Positions 48,824-56,842 of a DNA stretch of 64,000 nucleotides are shown in pieces. The number at the start of each line of letters is the position of its first letter. Position 1 is the first letter of the stretch. The position numbers and the translations under genes are program-made. The notes below the pieces were generated by a model. The model saw only the letters and a program-made list of their open reading frames with translations, was not told the origin of the DNA and did not search any database. The stretch is from Armatimonadota bacterium (GTDB lineage Bacteria; Armatimonadota; Fimbriimonadia; Fimbriimonadales; Fimbriimonadaceae), in assembly GCA_031430115.1 (NCBI GenBank), contig JANPAV010000153.1:19880-83879 (forward strand). Direction: 5' to 3'.

Positions 48824-50173
48824 ATGGCTAGTAAGCTCAGTAGTGTTCTCGGAATTGACATCGGGAGTCACAGCATTAAGGTGTGTGAAGTGAAAGCTTC
48901 CGGCGGAAGCGCAACGGTATCAGCCGTTGGCGTAACCCCAACACCCGAAGGTGCGGTTGACTATAGTGGTGTCTACAATAGTGAAGCGGTTGGAGCTGCC
49001 CTCAAGCAGATCATGGCCCAGGTCGGTGTTTCTTCATCTGCCGCGGTCGTTACCATTGCCGGACAGCATTCCGTATTGGTACGGGTCGTTGAAGTTCCTC
49101 GGATGGATCCAGACAAGGAATTGAAATCTCATATGGAATGGGAGATCAATAAGAACATTCCATTTGCAGAAACAAATATCATGTCGGACTATAAAGTCCT
49201 TCCTGGCACCGATCCAAATTCAGCAAACATGGATGTTGTTATGGCGATGGCGCCAATGTCAGCCATTGAAACTTTAATGGACTGCATCAAGCGTTCTGGC
49301 AAAAAGGCCGTAGCGATCGATGTAGAGCCCCTCAGCATTGCTCGGTCAGTTGCGATCAGCTATCCGGAGTATGCGAGCGAGAATGGTGTTGTTATGGTGG
49401 ACATAGGTCACTCAACGACATCCATCAATGTTTACGAGCGAAACAACTTGGTATTGCCTAGGCCAGTTCCTGGCGGCGGTGACATGGTTACCAGGGCAAT
49501 TGCTGATGCCATGCAAACAGGTGTCACAGATGCAGAAGCTTACAAGTGCTCAACGTTTGTTGTTCCAGATTCAGCGACTACCGGCGGCGGATCGTTTGAT
49601 CCATTCTCTGTTGGAGGTGCCACTCAGTCGTTTGATCCAGGTTTTGGTGCCACGTATCAAGCCGGCGAGCCAAATGTTCATGCCACGACTTCAATGGATG
49701 CTGTTCCAGAATTAGACCCAGTAACTGGCCTGCCGATTCAATCAGCCGTTGATGGTGTCCAAAACTATACAAACGATCCATTTGCAGTTTCAAATCCGGA
49801 GCCCGATGCATCTGCGCCACAGCCAACAATGGCAATGCCAGAGTCTCCATTGGTTCAACATGCTAACTCTGATCAAATTTTTTCTGCAGTTCAGGGAATT
49901 CTTGATGATTTAATTGCTGAATTAAGACGATCTATAGATTATTATAATGGTCGGGGTGGAACGGTTTCAAGAATCGTCCTTTGTGGAGGTGGATCAAAGT
50001 TGAAAGGTCTTTCAGGCTATGTTCAGCGATCTCTCGACATAAAGTGCGAGGTTTATGATCCGCTTAGAAATCTAGGTTTCTCTTCCAAAAAAGTCGGGAT
50101 GGATTATGTCAACGAGTATCGAGAACAGCTCGCAGTCGCAGTCGGAAACGGATTGCACATTTTGTTCGATTAA
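48824..50173 (+). CDS. pilM: Type IV pilus assembly protein PilM
   Basis: LGIDIGSHSIKV, IDVEPLSIAR, VDIGHSTT, ELRRSIDYY, LCGGGSKLKGL and AVAVGNGL (actin-like ATPase fold); ~100-aa low-complexity insertion. Confidence 0.92.
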   Translation: MASKLSSVLGIDIGSHSIKVCEVKASGGSATVSAVGVTPTPEGAVDYSGVYNSEAVGAALKQIMAQVGVSSSAAVVTIAGQHSVLVRVVEVPRMDPDKELKSHMEWEINKNIPFAETNIMSDYKVLPGTDPNSANMDVVMAMAPMSAIETLMDCIKRSGKKAVAIDVEPLSIARSVAISYPEYASENGVVMVDIGHSTTSINVYERNNLVLPRPVPGGGDMVTRAIADAMQTGVTDAEAYKCSTFVVPDSATTGGGSFDPFSVGGATQSFDPGFGATYQAGEPNVHATTSMDAVPELDPVTGLPIQSAVDGVQNYTNDPFAVSNPEPDASAPQPTMAMPESPLVQHANSDQIFSAVQGILDDLIAELRRSIDYYNGRGGTVSRIVLCGGGSKLKGLSGYVQRSLDIKCEVYDPLRNLGFSSKKVGMDYVNEYREQLAVAVGNGLHILFD

Positions 50174-50182
50174 GGGAAAACA

Positions 50183-51064
50183 GTGAAACTAAATCTTTTA
50201 CCTAAGATCGTCGATACAACGGGTCGCGCAAAGCGGGCGTTTTTCGGCGGAGCACTTGTACTGATTGCATCAATTGCGGGGGCGTTCTATATGACCACCA
50301 CGGCATCAGCTCGACTTGCAAAAGCAAAAGAGGCTGATCTAGCTGCTCAACCTGCCTATGATCAGGCTGTAGCCACAGCAAACGAAGCCGACGCTATGAT
50401 GGGCAAGCCTGCAGTGCGCCAGTTGGTTGTTAACACTTCGTTGGCGAAGTCAATGATGGGCGCTAGTAGGCTCTATCCTGACCTTTACGATTTTGTAAAA
50501 CCATATATTCCGGGTTTCTTCAGGATTACCAATCTTGGCGCAACCCCAATTGATGGAACCAGTTGCACCGTCAACATGACGGGAACTGTAAAGAATGCTC
50601 AACAGTATGCTGAATTAATGTTGGCCTTGCTTCGAATTCCGGGTGCTACTGCCGTTACCCGATCTGGATTCCAAGCGGAGGATAAAGTGGTCCCTGCACT
50701 AACGTTGGTTGATCAGAAAGGAACGCCAAGGTTTGAGAGCAGAGCTCCAATTCCAGACGACGCTCTTGAGCGACTGGCTTACTTCCAAAATGAAACGTCT
50801 CCAACCGGCTATCTTAATGCTGGGAATTTTGGAAACATGGAAGAAGCAACGGTAAAGGGTGCTAGGCCAGGAGAATCAGTAATCGCTGTTTCGGTCACAA
50901 TTCCACGAAATATTCAAACACCAAATCCACGGGCAACTATTCAGAGCCTGGCTGGAGCTGGTGGATCTGGAGGTGCAGCTAGACCAGCATCTTCAGTAAC
51001 GCCTCCTCCTGTTGCGGCTGGAGCTAAGAACGGAACTGGGACAACTCCAGCAGGAAACGAATAA
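50183..51064 (+). CDS. pilN: PilN-like alignment protein
   Basis: N-terminal KLNLLP (the INLLP PilM-binding motif), one TM helix, coiled coil; position after pilM. Confidence 0.75.
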   Translation: MKLNLLPKIVDTTGRAKRAFFGGALVLIASIAGAFYMTTTASARLAKAKEADLAAQPAYDQAVATANEADAMMGKPAVRQLVVNTSLAKSMMGASRLYPDLYDFVKPYIPGFFRITNLGATPIDGTSCTVNMTGTVKNAQQYAELMLALLRIPGATAVTRSGFQAEDKVVPALTLVDQKGTPRFESRAPIPDDALERLAYFQNETSPTGYLNAGNFGNMEEATVKGARPGESVIAVSVTIPRNIQTPNPRATIQSLAGAGGSGGAARPASSVTPPPVAAGAKNGTGTTPAGNE

Positions 51065-51873
51065 TGTTTAGATCTCTTTATCCAAGAACCATTTGGCTGA
51101 TTTTCCTGTCGCTTTCGGCAATTATTTTGTCCCTTGGCGTTTTTAAGTTCTGGTTGCCAGTTCAAGAAGAAACGACCTTCACTGTAACCCATGCGAACAA
51201 ACTATATGAAGAGGGCAATAAGCTTGGTCAAGCCGTTAAGAAGAGGAATGCTGCGGTTGAGGCCGTCAAATCTGCCGAAGCTGCATGGTTGCCAATTGTA
51301 GCGGCTCATACACCAAGTCAAGTAACTAGCAATGGTGGCATGAATATTAATGTTAACCAACTGCAGTTACTGCTCGATACAAAGCGATTCCGCAATAGCA
51401 TTCAAACCGCCCTCAATAATCAATTGAAGATCGGAGGCGTGAAGGTTATCGGCCCGCGAGTTGCTGGTGTAACCGATCAAGAGGAGCCAAGTGGTGTTCT
51501 GGCTAGTTATTACAACTATCCAGGCGTTCCTTTCCCGGTTGTTATTCAGGATTTGGGGCAAGTAACCGTTACCGGAACTTACGATCAGATTATGAAAAAC
51601 GTAAGGGCTTGGGATAACTTTCCGAGGTATCTAGCAGTGGCTCACGGATTGCAATTGCAAGGAACCGCGCCAACTTTGACTGGAACCTACAATTTATCGA
51701 TCGTCGGTTATATTCGGTACGATGGAATGTTTGGAGCGCTGCCTGTTACCTCAGGTGGCGGAACCGGAACCGGTGGCGGATTCGGAGGACCTGGCGGTTC
51801 AACTGCAGGTGGTCGACCAAGTGGCCCATCGCCTGGTGGCGGACCTAGCGCTGCGGGAGTAGCTGGAAACTAA
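51064..51873 (+). CDS. pilO: PilO-like alignment protein
   Basis: One TM helix, coiled coil, VTVTGTYDQIMKNVRAWDNFPR (PilO GxYxxI motif) and Gly/Pro tail; TAATG coupling. Confidence 0.7.
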   Translation: MFRSLYPRTIWLIFLSLSAIILSLGVFKFWLPVQEETTFTVTHANKLYEEGNKLGQAVKKRNAAVEAVKSAEAAWLPIVAAHTPSQVTSNGGMNINVNQLQLLLDTKRFRNSIQTALNNQLKIGGVKVIGPRVAGVTDQEEPSGVLASYYNYPGVPFPVVIQDLGQVTVTGTYDQIMKNVRAWDNFPRYLAVAHGLQLQGTAPTLTGTYNLSIVGYIRYDGMFGALPVTSGGGTGTGGGFGGPGGSTAGGRPSGPSPGGGPSAAGVAGN

Positions 51874-52586
51874 TGAAAGCAAATTCAAAGTCATTGTCAT
51901 TGTTAGGTCTCTTTGTTGTGATTGGTTTAGTTGGATGTGCAGATCCAAATGAGCTGCTTGTAACAACCACACCAACTACAGGGAAGCAATTAAAGGAATA
52001 TGTTCCTTCTGCGCCGGCCGGAGTTTATAAAGACATCGCGAAGTCATTGGATCCTGCCAGAAACAATCCATACATTTCTTCAACCGCGAGATTTGGGCGT
52101 AGGAGTAATCCATTTGCTCTCAATGCAGAAGAAAAAGCATTTGATGTTGCACAAGCTGCCGAACGCATTGTTATTGAAGGCGGAGCATTCGGAAGTATGT
52201 ATGATGAGCCTGAAGATAAGCTTCCGGTTGCAGAGCCAACTGAGCCGCAGCCATACCGAAGATTGTCGGGAATTCTCATTGGAGATTCCGTTTTGGCAAT
52301 TCTGGAAGAAGGATCAAAGTCAACAATTGTTCGACCCGGAATGATGATTCCAGACACGAATTGGAGAGTTATCTCGATTGATCGAGATAAAGCTATACTT
52401 CGACGAGAAGGTAGCACGCGGTTACCAAGAGAAGTTGAAGTCAGATTGGAAGTGGGTCTACCTTTCCAAGGTGGAAACGGCGGATTTGGTAGTGGGGCTC
52501 CACAAGGCGGAGCGCCGCAAGGCGGACCACCTCCTGGTGGCGGTGGCAAGAGAGGCGGCGGCGGTGCAGCAGCCGGAGCCGACTAA
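51873..52586 (+). CDS. pilP: PilP-like lipoprotein
   Basis: Lipobox LVG|C, RRSNPF, RLSGILIG..LAILE..IVRPG..WRVISI (PilP/GspC HR-like beta domain) and Gly-rich tail. Confidence 0.65.
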   Translation: MKANSKSLSLLGLFVVIGLVGCADPNELLVTTTPTTGKQLKEYVPSAPAGVYKDIAKSLDPARNNPYISSTARFGRRSNPFALNAEEKAFDVAQAAERIVIEGGAFGSMYDEPEDKLPVAEPTEPQPYRRLSGILIGDSVLAILEEGSKSTIVRPGMMIPDTNWRVISIDRDKAILRREGSTRLPREVEVRLEVGLPFQGGNGGFGSGAPQGGAPQGGPPPGGGGKRGGGGAAAGAD

Positions 52587-52666
52587 ACAATTTCAACACA
52601 ACGATAGTAAGATTAACTAAGAAACGATTTAAAGAGAGGAACGTCCAAATTTTGAGGTCAAGAAAC

Positions 52667-53356
52667 ATGAAAATTAAAAACATGATGATGGTAGTCGCAC
52701 TTGCGATGACAACGGCTTGCATGACCCCGCTGGCAATGGCTCAAGGAGATATCCTTGACCATCAGATCAGCTCGGCAGAGTATCAAAACTCAGATCTTCG
52801 AGAAGTACTAAAAACCCTTTTCAAAGAAGTCAATGCTAGCTACAGCATCCCACCAGACATTCAAGGTTCAATCACATTGAGCATGAAGAATGCCAAGTTT
52901 GAGCTCGTTCTTCAGAACGTTCTCAACCAAGTCAATGCCACATATCGTTATGAGGGCGGCGTCTTTGTTATCCTCCGACGAGAACCAGTTGGCGATCCAA
53001 AGGTTGGAGATGATTCAACTGTTCCAAAACCGTCAACTTCTGGAAAAATTATTCGAAAGATTTACATTCGGTCTGCTGATCCACAGCTCATCGCCATGCT
53101 AATTGGCGGGACTGGCGGTCAACAGTGGAACGGTAGCTCGGAAATTACGAGTCTAAATCGAATGGGAAGCCAAGGCGGTCAAGGCGGTCAAGGCGGCGGT
53201 GGATTTGGTAACGGCGGTGGCGGCGGCTTTGGCGGCAGCAGCGGTGGCTTTGGCGGCGGCAGCGGTGGCTTTGGCGGCGGCGGCGGTGGCTTCGGCGGCG
53301 GCGGCGGTGGCTTCGGCGGCGGCGGTGGCGGCTTCGGCGGCGGTCGTGGTGGCTAG
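52667..53356 (+). CDS. Stand-alone secretin N0/STN-domain protein with a C-terminal FG/Gly repeat tail
   Basis: Signal peptide, DLREVLKTLF..IQGSITLSMKNAKFELVLQNVL..YRYEGGVFVI (STN-like), IRKIYIRSADPQLIAML (start of a Secretin_N-like domain), then Gly repeats; no barrel domain. Confidence 0.7.
   Translation: MKIKNMMMVVALAMTTACMTPLAMAQGDILDHQISSAEYQNSDLREVLKTLFKEVNASYSIPPDIQGSITLSMKNAKFELVLQNVLNQVNATYRYEGGVFVILRREPVGDPKVGDDSTVPKPSTSGKIIRKIYIRSADPQLIAMLIGGTGGQQWNGSSEITSLNRMGSQGGQGGQGGGGFGNGGGGGFGGSSGGFGGGSGGFGGGGGGFGGGGGGFGGGGGGFGGGRGG
53225..53350 (+). repeat. Six tandem 21-bp units encoding GFGG(G/S)(G/S/R)G
   Basis: Units close to GGC TTY GGC GGC RGC RGC GGT at 53225, 53246, 53267, 53288, 53309 and 53330. 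Confidence 0.9.
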
Positions 53357-53400
53357 AAAGTAGTCCACAAATAAATTGCGAGGTGATTGTAGGAGTTCAA

Positions 53401-55059
53401 ATGCAAAAAATTAAGATGAAAATGATAGCAGTAGCGATTGGTGCAGTGGTAGCTGCATCATTCGCCACTGCTCAGCAGAGCGACATAACGCGGCTAAACG
53501 TTAATTTAAAGGATGCAGATCTTGTTACTGCGACCAAAATGGTCACAGAGCGAACAGGATTGCAATTCATGTTTCGTTCAACCAAAGCGTTCAATAAGGT
53601 AACCCTTCAGCTGAAGGATCAAACGGCAGACGACGTCATTCGCTACATTTGCGATGCGGCTGGTGCTTTTGTTACCAAAGACGAAAATGGAGTCTACGTA
53701 ATCAGTGCTAACAAGCCAAGCGTAGAGCCAATCATGCTTGAGAATAAGCCTAAGTCTAAAATTCTCAAGAAGATCAAGCTTCTCCACGCTGGAGCAGACG
53801 AAGTTTATGCACGAGTCGTGCTTAACATGATTCTCGATCCAATGGCACGCCAATCTGAGAACCTTAGAGCTCTCAACATGGCAAAGCAAATGGTGACCGG
53901 TCAAGATCAAGGTTCAAAGACGTCAAGCGTATTTGAATCGCTAACCAGCTTTAACCGATACCAACCAACATCCACGCCAAACAAGTCAGGGTCTTCTGAC
54001 AACGGCTCAAACATTGTGACACCGGCTGACGAAGCTAACCAACGCGGTGGCGGCGGTTTTGGCGGCGGCGGCGGTCTCAGTGGCGGTCAAGGCGGCGGTC
54101 TCGGTGGCGGTAACCAAGGCGGCGGTTTTGGTGGTCAAGGCGGCGGCCAAGGTGGTCAAGGCGGCCAAGGTGGTCAAGGCGGCGGAACAAACCTTGTTCC
54201 TGGAACTGGACTTGTTCCAGACACGATTGATCACATTCAATTTGATCCTACTGACAACAGCTTAGTTGTAAGAGGTTCAAGTGAAGATGATATCAACCAA
54301 TTGCAGAACATCATTGCCCAGTTCGATATTCGACCTCGACAAGTTCAAATCAAAGTTGAATTCATTACCACGGTTGAATCGGTTGATAAGTCACTAGGAT
54401 ACAGCATTAACTATTCCAGAGGAACCGTTATTGCTGGCATGGCACAAGGAGCATTTTTGAATGGTTCTGACCCTGTCTTCTTGACCTATGCGACGGGTAA
54501 CGCAGTTTTGCGACTAAGAACTAGTTTGTCGGAAGGTGCTGGAAGAGTTGTAACTGCTCCTCTGATCCGGACGATGAACAATACGCCTGCATCGGTTTCA
54601 GCCTTTACAGTTGACTGGATTCTTACTTCAACAACAACTCAAACCAACAACGGCATTATTACTACCGTTAATCCTCAGCAATTGACTCTTGGAACTAACC
54701 TCACGGTAACCCCTCGAATTAATGCTGACAACACGATCACCATGGGGCTTTCGCCAAACGTAACCTCGATCGCAGGAACACGACAAGTAACTTCCAATGG
54801 TACGTCATTTGAACTACCAATTCAAACTACACAGCAAGTCAGTGTTGTAGTTAATGTCAAGGATCGGGAAACCATTGTTCTTGGCGGAATGAATACGGAA
54901 AGTACAAACACGACAACAACTCGAGTACCTATTCTGAGCGACCTACCAATTCTTGGTCAGTTCTTCAGATCGGGTAAGAAGGGAAGAAGCAGCAGCGACC
55001 TTCTCATCTTTGTAACTCCAGTTATCATCGAAGAAGACGATTCGGGCATAGCCCCGTAA
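53401..55059 (+). CDS. pilQ: Outer-membrane secretin (PilQ/GspD family)
   Basis: Signal peptide, STN domain, DPTDNSLVVRG, FDIRPRQVQIKVEF, LTVTPRIN, ETIVLGG and VPILSDLPILGQFFRS..LLIFVTP; Gly/Gln insert at 54046-54186; AGGAG SD; followed by aroK-aroB. Confidence 0.9.
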   Translation: MQKIKMKMIAVAIGAVVAASFATAQQSDITRLNVNLKDADLVTATKMVTERTGLQFMFRSTKAFNKVTLQLKDQTADDVIRYICDAAGAFVTKDENGVYVISANKPSVEPIMLENKPKSKILKKIKLLHAGADEVYARVVLNMILDPMARQSENLRALNMAKQMVTGQDQGSKTSSVFESLTSFNRYQPTSTPNKSGSSDNGSNIVTPADEANQRGGGGFGGGGGLSGGQGGGLGGGNQGGGFGGQGGGQGGQGGQGGQGGGTNLVPGTGLVPDTIDHIQFDPTDNSLVVRGSSEDDINQLQNIIAQFDIRPRQVQIKVEFITTVESVDKSLGYSINYSRGTVIAGMAQGAFLNGSDPVFLTYATGNAVLRLRTSLSEGAGRVVTAPLIRTMNNTPASVSAFTVDWILTSTTTQTNNGIITTVNPQQLTLGTNLTVTPRINADNTITMGLSPNVTSIAGTRQVTSNGTSFELPIQTTQQVSVVVNVKDRETIVLGGMNTESTNTTTTRVPILSDLPILGQFFRSGKKGRSSSDLLIFVTPVIIEEDDSGIAP

Positions 55060-55083
55060 CGCGAACACCTACAATCACATCGA

Positions 55084-55118
55084 CGGGTAGCGTTTACGAA
55101 CGCTACCCGCTTTTATTT
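55084..55118 (+). terminator. Rho-independent terminator after the secretin
   Basis: CGGGTAGCGTT-tacg-AACGCTACCCG followed by cTTTTATTT. Confidence 0.8.
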
Positions 55119-55123
55119 ATTAC

Positions 55124-55633
55124 ATGGATGCTTGGATACTAATTGGAATGATGGGGGCTGGTAAGTCAACGATTGGTAACTTGCTGTCCGAGCGGGCAAG
55201 TCGAGAATTTGTTGATACCGACAAACTCATCGAATTGCGGCTTGGCCGACCGATCGCGCAGTTCTTCAAGCACTACGGAGAAGATGCCTTCCGAGACCAT
55301 GAATCATCGATCATCAAGTCATTAGAAGCAAAGCCAATTGTTATTGCAACTGGAGGTGGGGTAGTTCTTCGAAGTGAAAATATGTCTCACCTACGTTCAA
55401 TCGGTAAGCTAATTTACTTGAGATCCGAACCCTCAGAACTAATTAGGAGACTTAAGGCAAGCAAACGTAAGCGCCCACTGTTAAGCACCGATGATTGGGA
55501 ATCAAAACTTGTTGGAATACTTGAAAATAGGCAAGACCTGTATTTGCAGGCCGATTACGTTGTCAACGTGGATGCCAGTGAGCAAAACAAAGTTGTTGAG
55601 GAAATTTTAGCGATACTCGGAGAAAAGGCGTGA
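55124..55633 (+). CDS. aroK: Shikimate kinase
   Basis: LIGMMGAGKSTIG, FVDTD, GEDAFRDHE, ATGGG and RPLL. Confidence 0.95.
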   Translation: MDAWILIGMMGAGKSTIGNLLSERASREFVDTDKLIELRLGRPIAQFFKHYGEDAFRDHESSIIKSLEAKPIVIATGGGVVLRSENMSHLRSIGKLIYLRSEPSELIRRLKASKRKRPLLSTDDWESKLVGILENRQDLYLQADYVVNVDASEQNKVVEEILAILGEKA

Positions 55634-56643
55634 CCATTGACCATTCGTGCGGTAAGTATTTCCTGGACTTCAGACCATTAGCAATTGAAGACGGCATCGT
55701 CGTTACAGACTCAAATGTTTTTGCTTATTACCAGCACAATATAGAGGGCCTTGACTCAATTGTTCTCACGCCAGGCGAGCAGACGAAGTCAATGTCTTCC
55801 TATGAGGACCTTTGTAGGGCTCTCGTTAAGAAGGGTGCCACGAGAAAATCAAAGCTCGTTGCTTTTGGTGGAGGAGTAATTGGCGATTTAGTAGGCTTTG
55901 TTGCTGCAACATACATGCGGGGAATTGACTATATCCAAGTTCCAACAACTCTACTGGCGCAAATAGACAGTTCTGTTGGCGGAAAAACGGGAATTGACCT
56001 CCCAGAAGGCAAAAACCTGATTGGAGCATTCTATCCACCGAAGGAAGTTCATATCGACGTGAGCTTGCTTGAAACATTGCCCATTCGAGAGTTCCAATCA
56101 GGGCTTGCTGAAGTCATTAAGACGGGCATCATCCAGAGCCAAGCTTTAACCACCTCCCTGATGCAAAAACCATTAACGCAAGGGGATGACCGTATCTTAT
56201 CCACAGTTCAAGAGTGTGTGCAAATCAAAGCGAGAATTGTGCAGGAAGACGAGTTTGAAACGAAAGGTCTACGTGCACAATTGAATTTTGGCCATACAAT
56301 TGGTCATGCCATCGAGCAAATCACAAAATATAGTAAATACACCCATGGAGAAGCAATCGCAATTGGAATGGTTGTCGAAACCATGATTGCCGAAAGACTT
56401 GGCATTGCCGATAAAGAGCTAACTTCGAAGGTCAAATTCCTCATGGTTGGTCATGGTTTGCCTACAAAAGCGGTAGAGTTGAAGGAAGCTGAGTTGATCA
56501 TTGCAGCCATGCGCAAGGACAAGAAGTCAACCAAAGGAGAACTCTCAATGAGCCTAGTAAAAAGCATTGGTGAATGTGAATTGGTTGCAAATATTGAGGA
56601 AGGAGTCGTAACGGAAGTTCTGCATGAATTTGCAAAAGGCTAG
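55630..56643 (+). CDS. aroB: 3-dehydroquinate synthase
   Basis: GGGVIGDLVGFVAATYMRG, PTTLLAQIDSSVGGKTG, LNFGHTIGHAIE and HGEAIAIG. Confidence 0.96.
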   Translation: MTIDHSCGKYFLDFRPLAIEDGIVVTDSNVFAYYQHNIEGLDSIVLTPGEQTKSMSSYEDLCRALVKKGATRKSKLVAFGGGVIGDLVGFVAATYMRGIDYIQVPTTLLAQIDSSVGGKTGIDLPEGKNLIGAFYPPKEVHIDVSLLETLPIREFQSGLAEVIKTGIIQSQALTTSLMQKPLTQGDDRILSTVQECVQIKARIVQEDEFETKGLRAQLNFGHTIGHAIEQITKYSKYTHGEAIAIGMVVETMIAERLGIADKELTSKVKFLMVGHGLPTKAVELKEAELIIAAMRKDKKSTKGELSMSLVKSIGECELVANIEEGVVTEVLHEFAKG

Positions 56644-56842
56644 AGTACTTTTTGGGGTAACCGTTGGTGGTTTTTTGGTGCTTTGTAACCTGGGATATTT
56701 GCTTGCCTATTCACAGGGTCGGCAACAGGTCTTTTCTAGCCAAATGGATCAAAGTCCAATTCAATTGTTGAGCCTTCTGTTATTCATCGGCATTATTGCT
56801 TTTGGGCTCGTTCGGCCCTCCACGGACGGAGAACAATCATGA
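56624..56842 (+). CDS. Small two-TM membrane protein
   Basis: Two hydrophobic helices; overlaps the aroB end and is ATGA-coupled to the kinase-like gene. Confidence 0.55.
   Translation: MNLQKARVLFGVTVGGFLVLCNLGYLLAYSQGRQQVFSSQMDQSPIQLLSLLLFIGIIAFGLVRPSTDGEQS

Noticed and set aside
53225-53350. CRISPR-like or phase-variation repeat
   Set aside because: The repeats are in-frame 21-bp coding units with no spacers; slippage would only change tail length.
53153-53368. Ala-rich minus-strand ORF (also 54007..54240, 54047..54265 and 52025..52549)
   Set aside because: These are shadow frames of the GGC-rich glycine repeats.
52667-55059. A single frameshifted or read-through secretin gene
   Set aside because: The downstream gene has its own SD, signal peptide and STN domain, is in a different frame, and further stop codons lie in the intergenic stretch.
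22516-55059. Type II secretion system rather than type IV pilus
   Set aside because: PilT with AIRNLIRE, separate PilM and NLLP-bearing PilN, and secretin-aroK-aroB synteny all indicate T4aP. A secretion role is not excluded.
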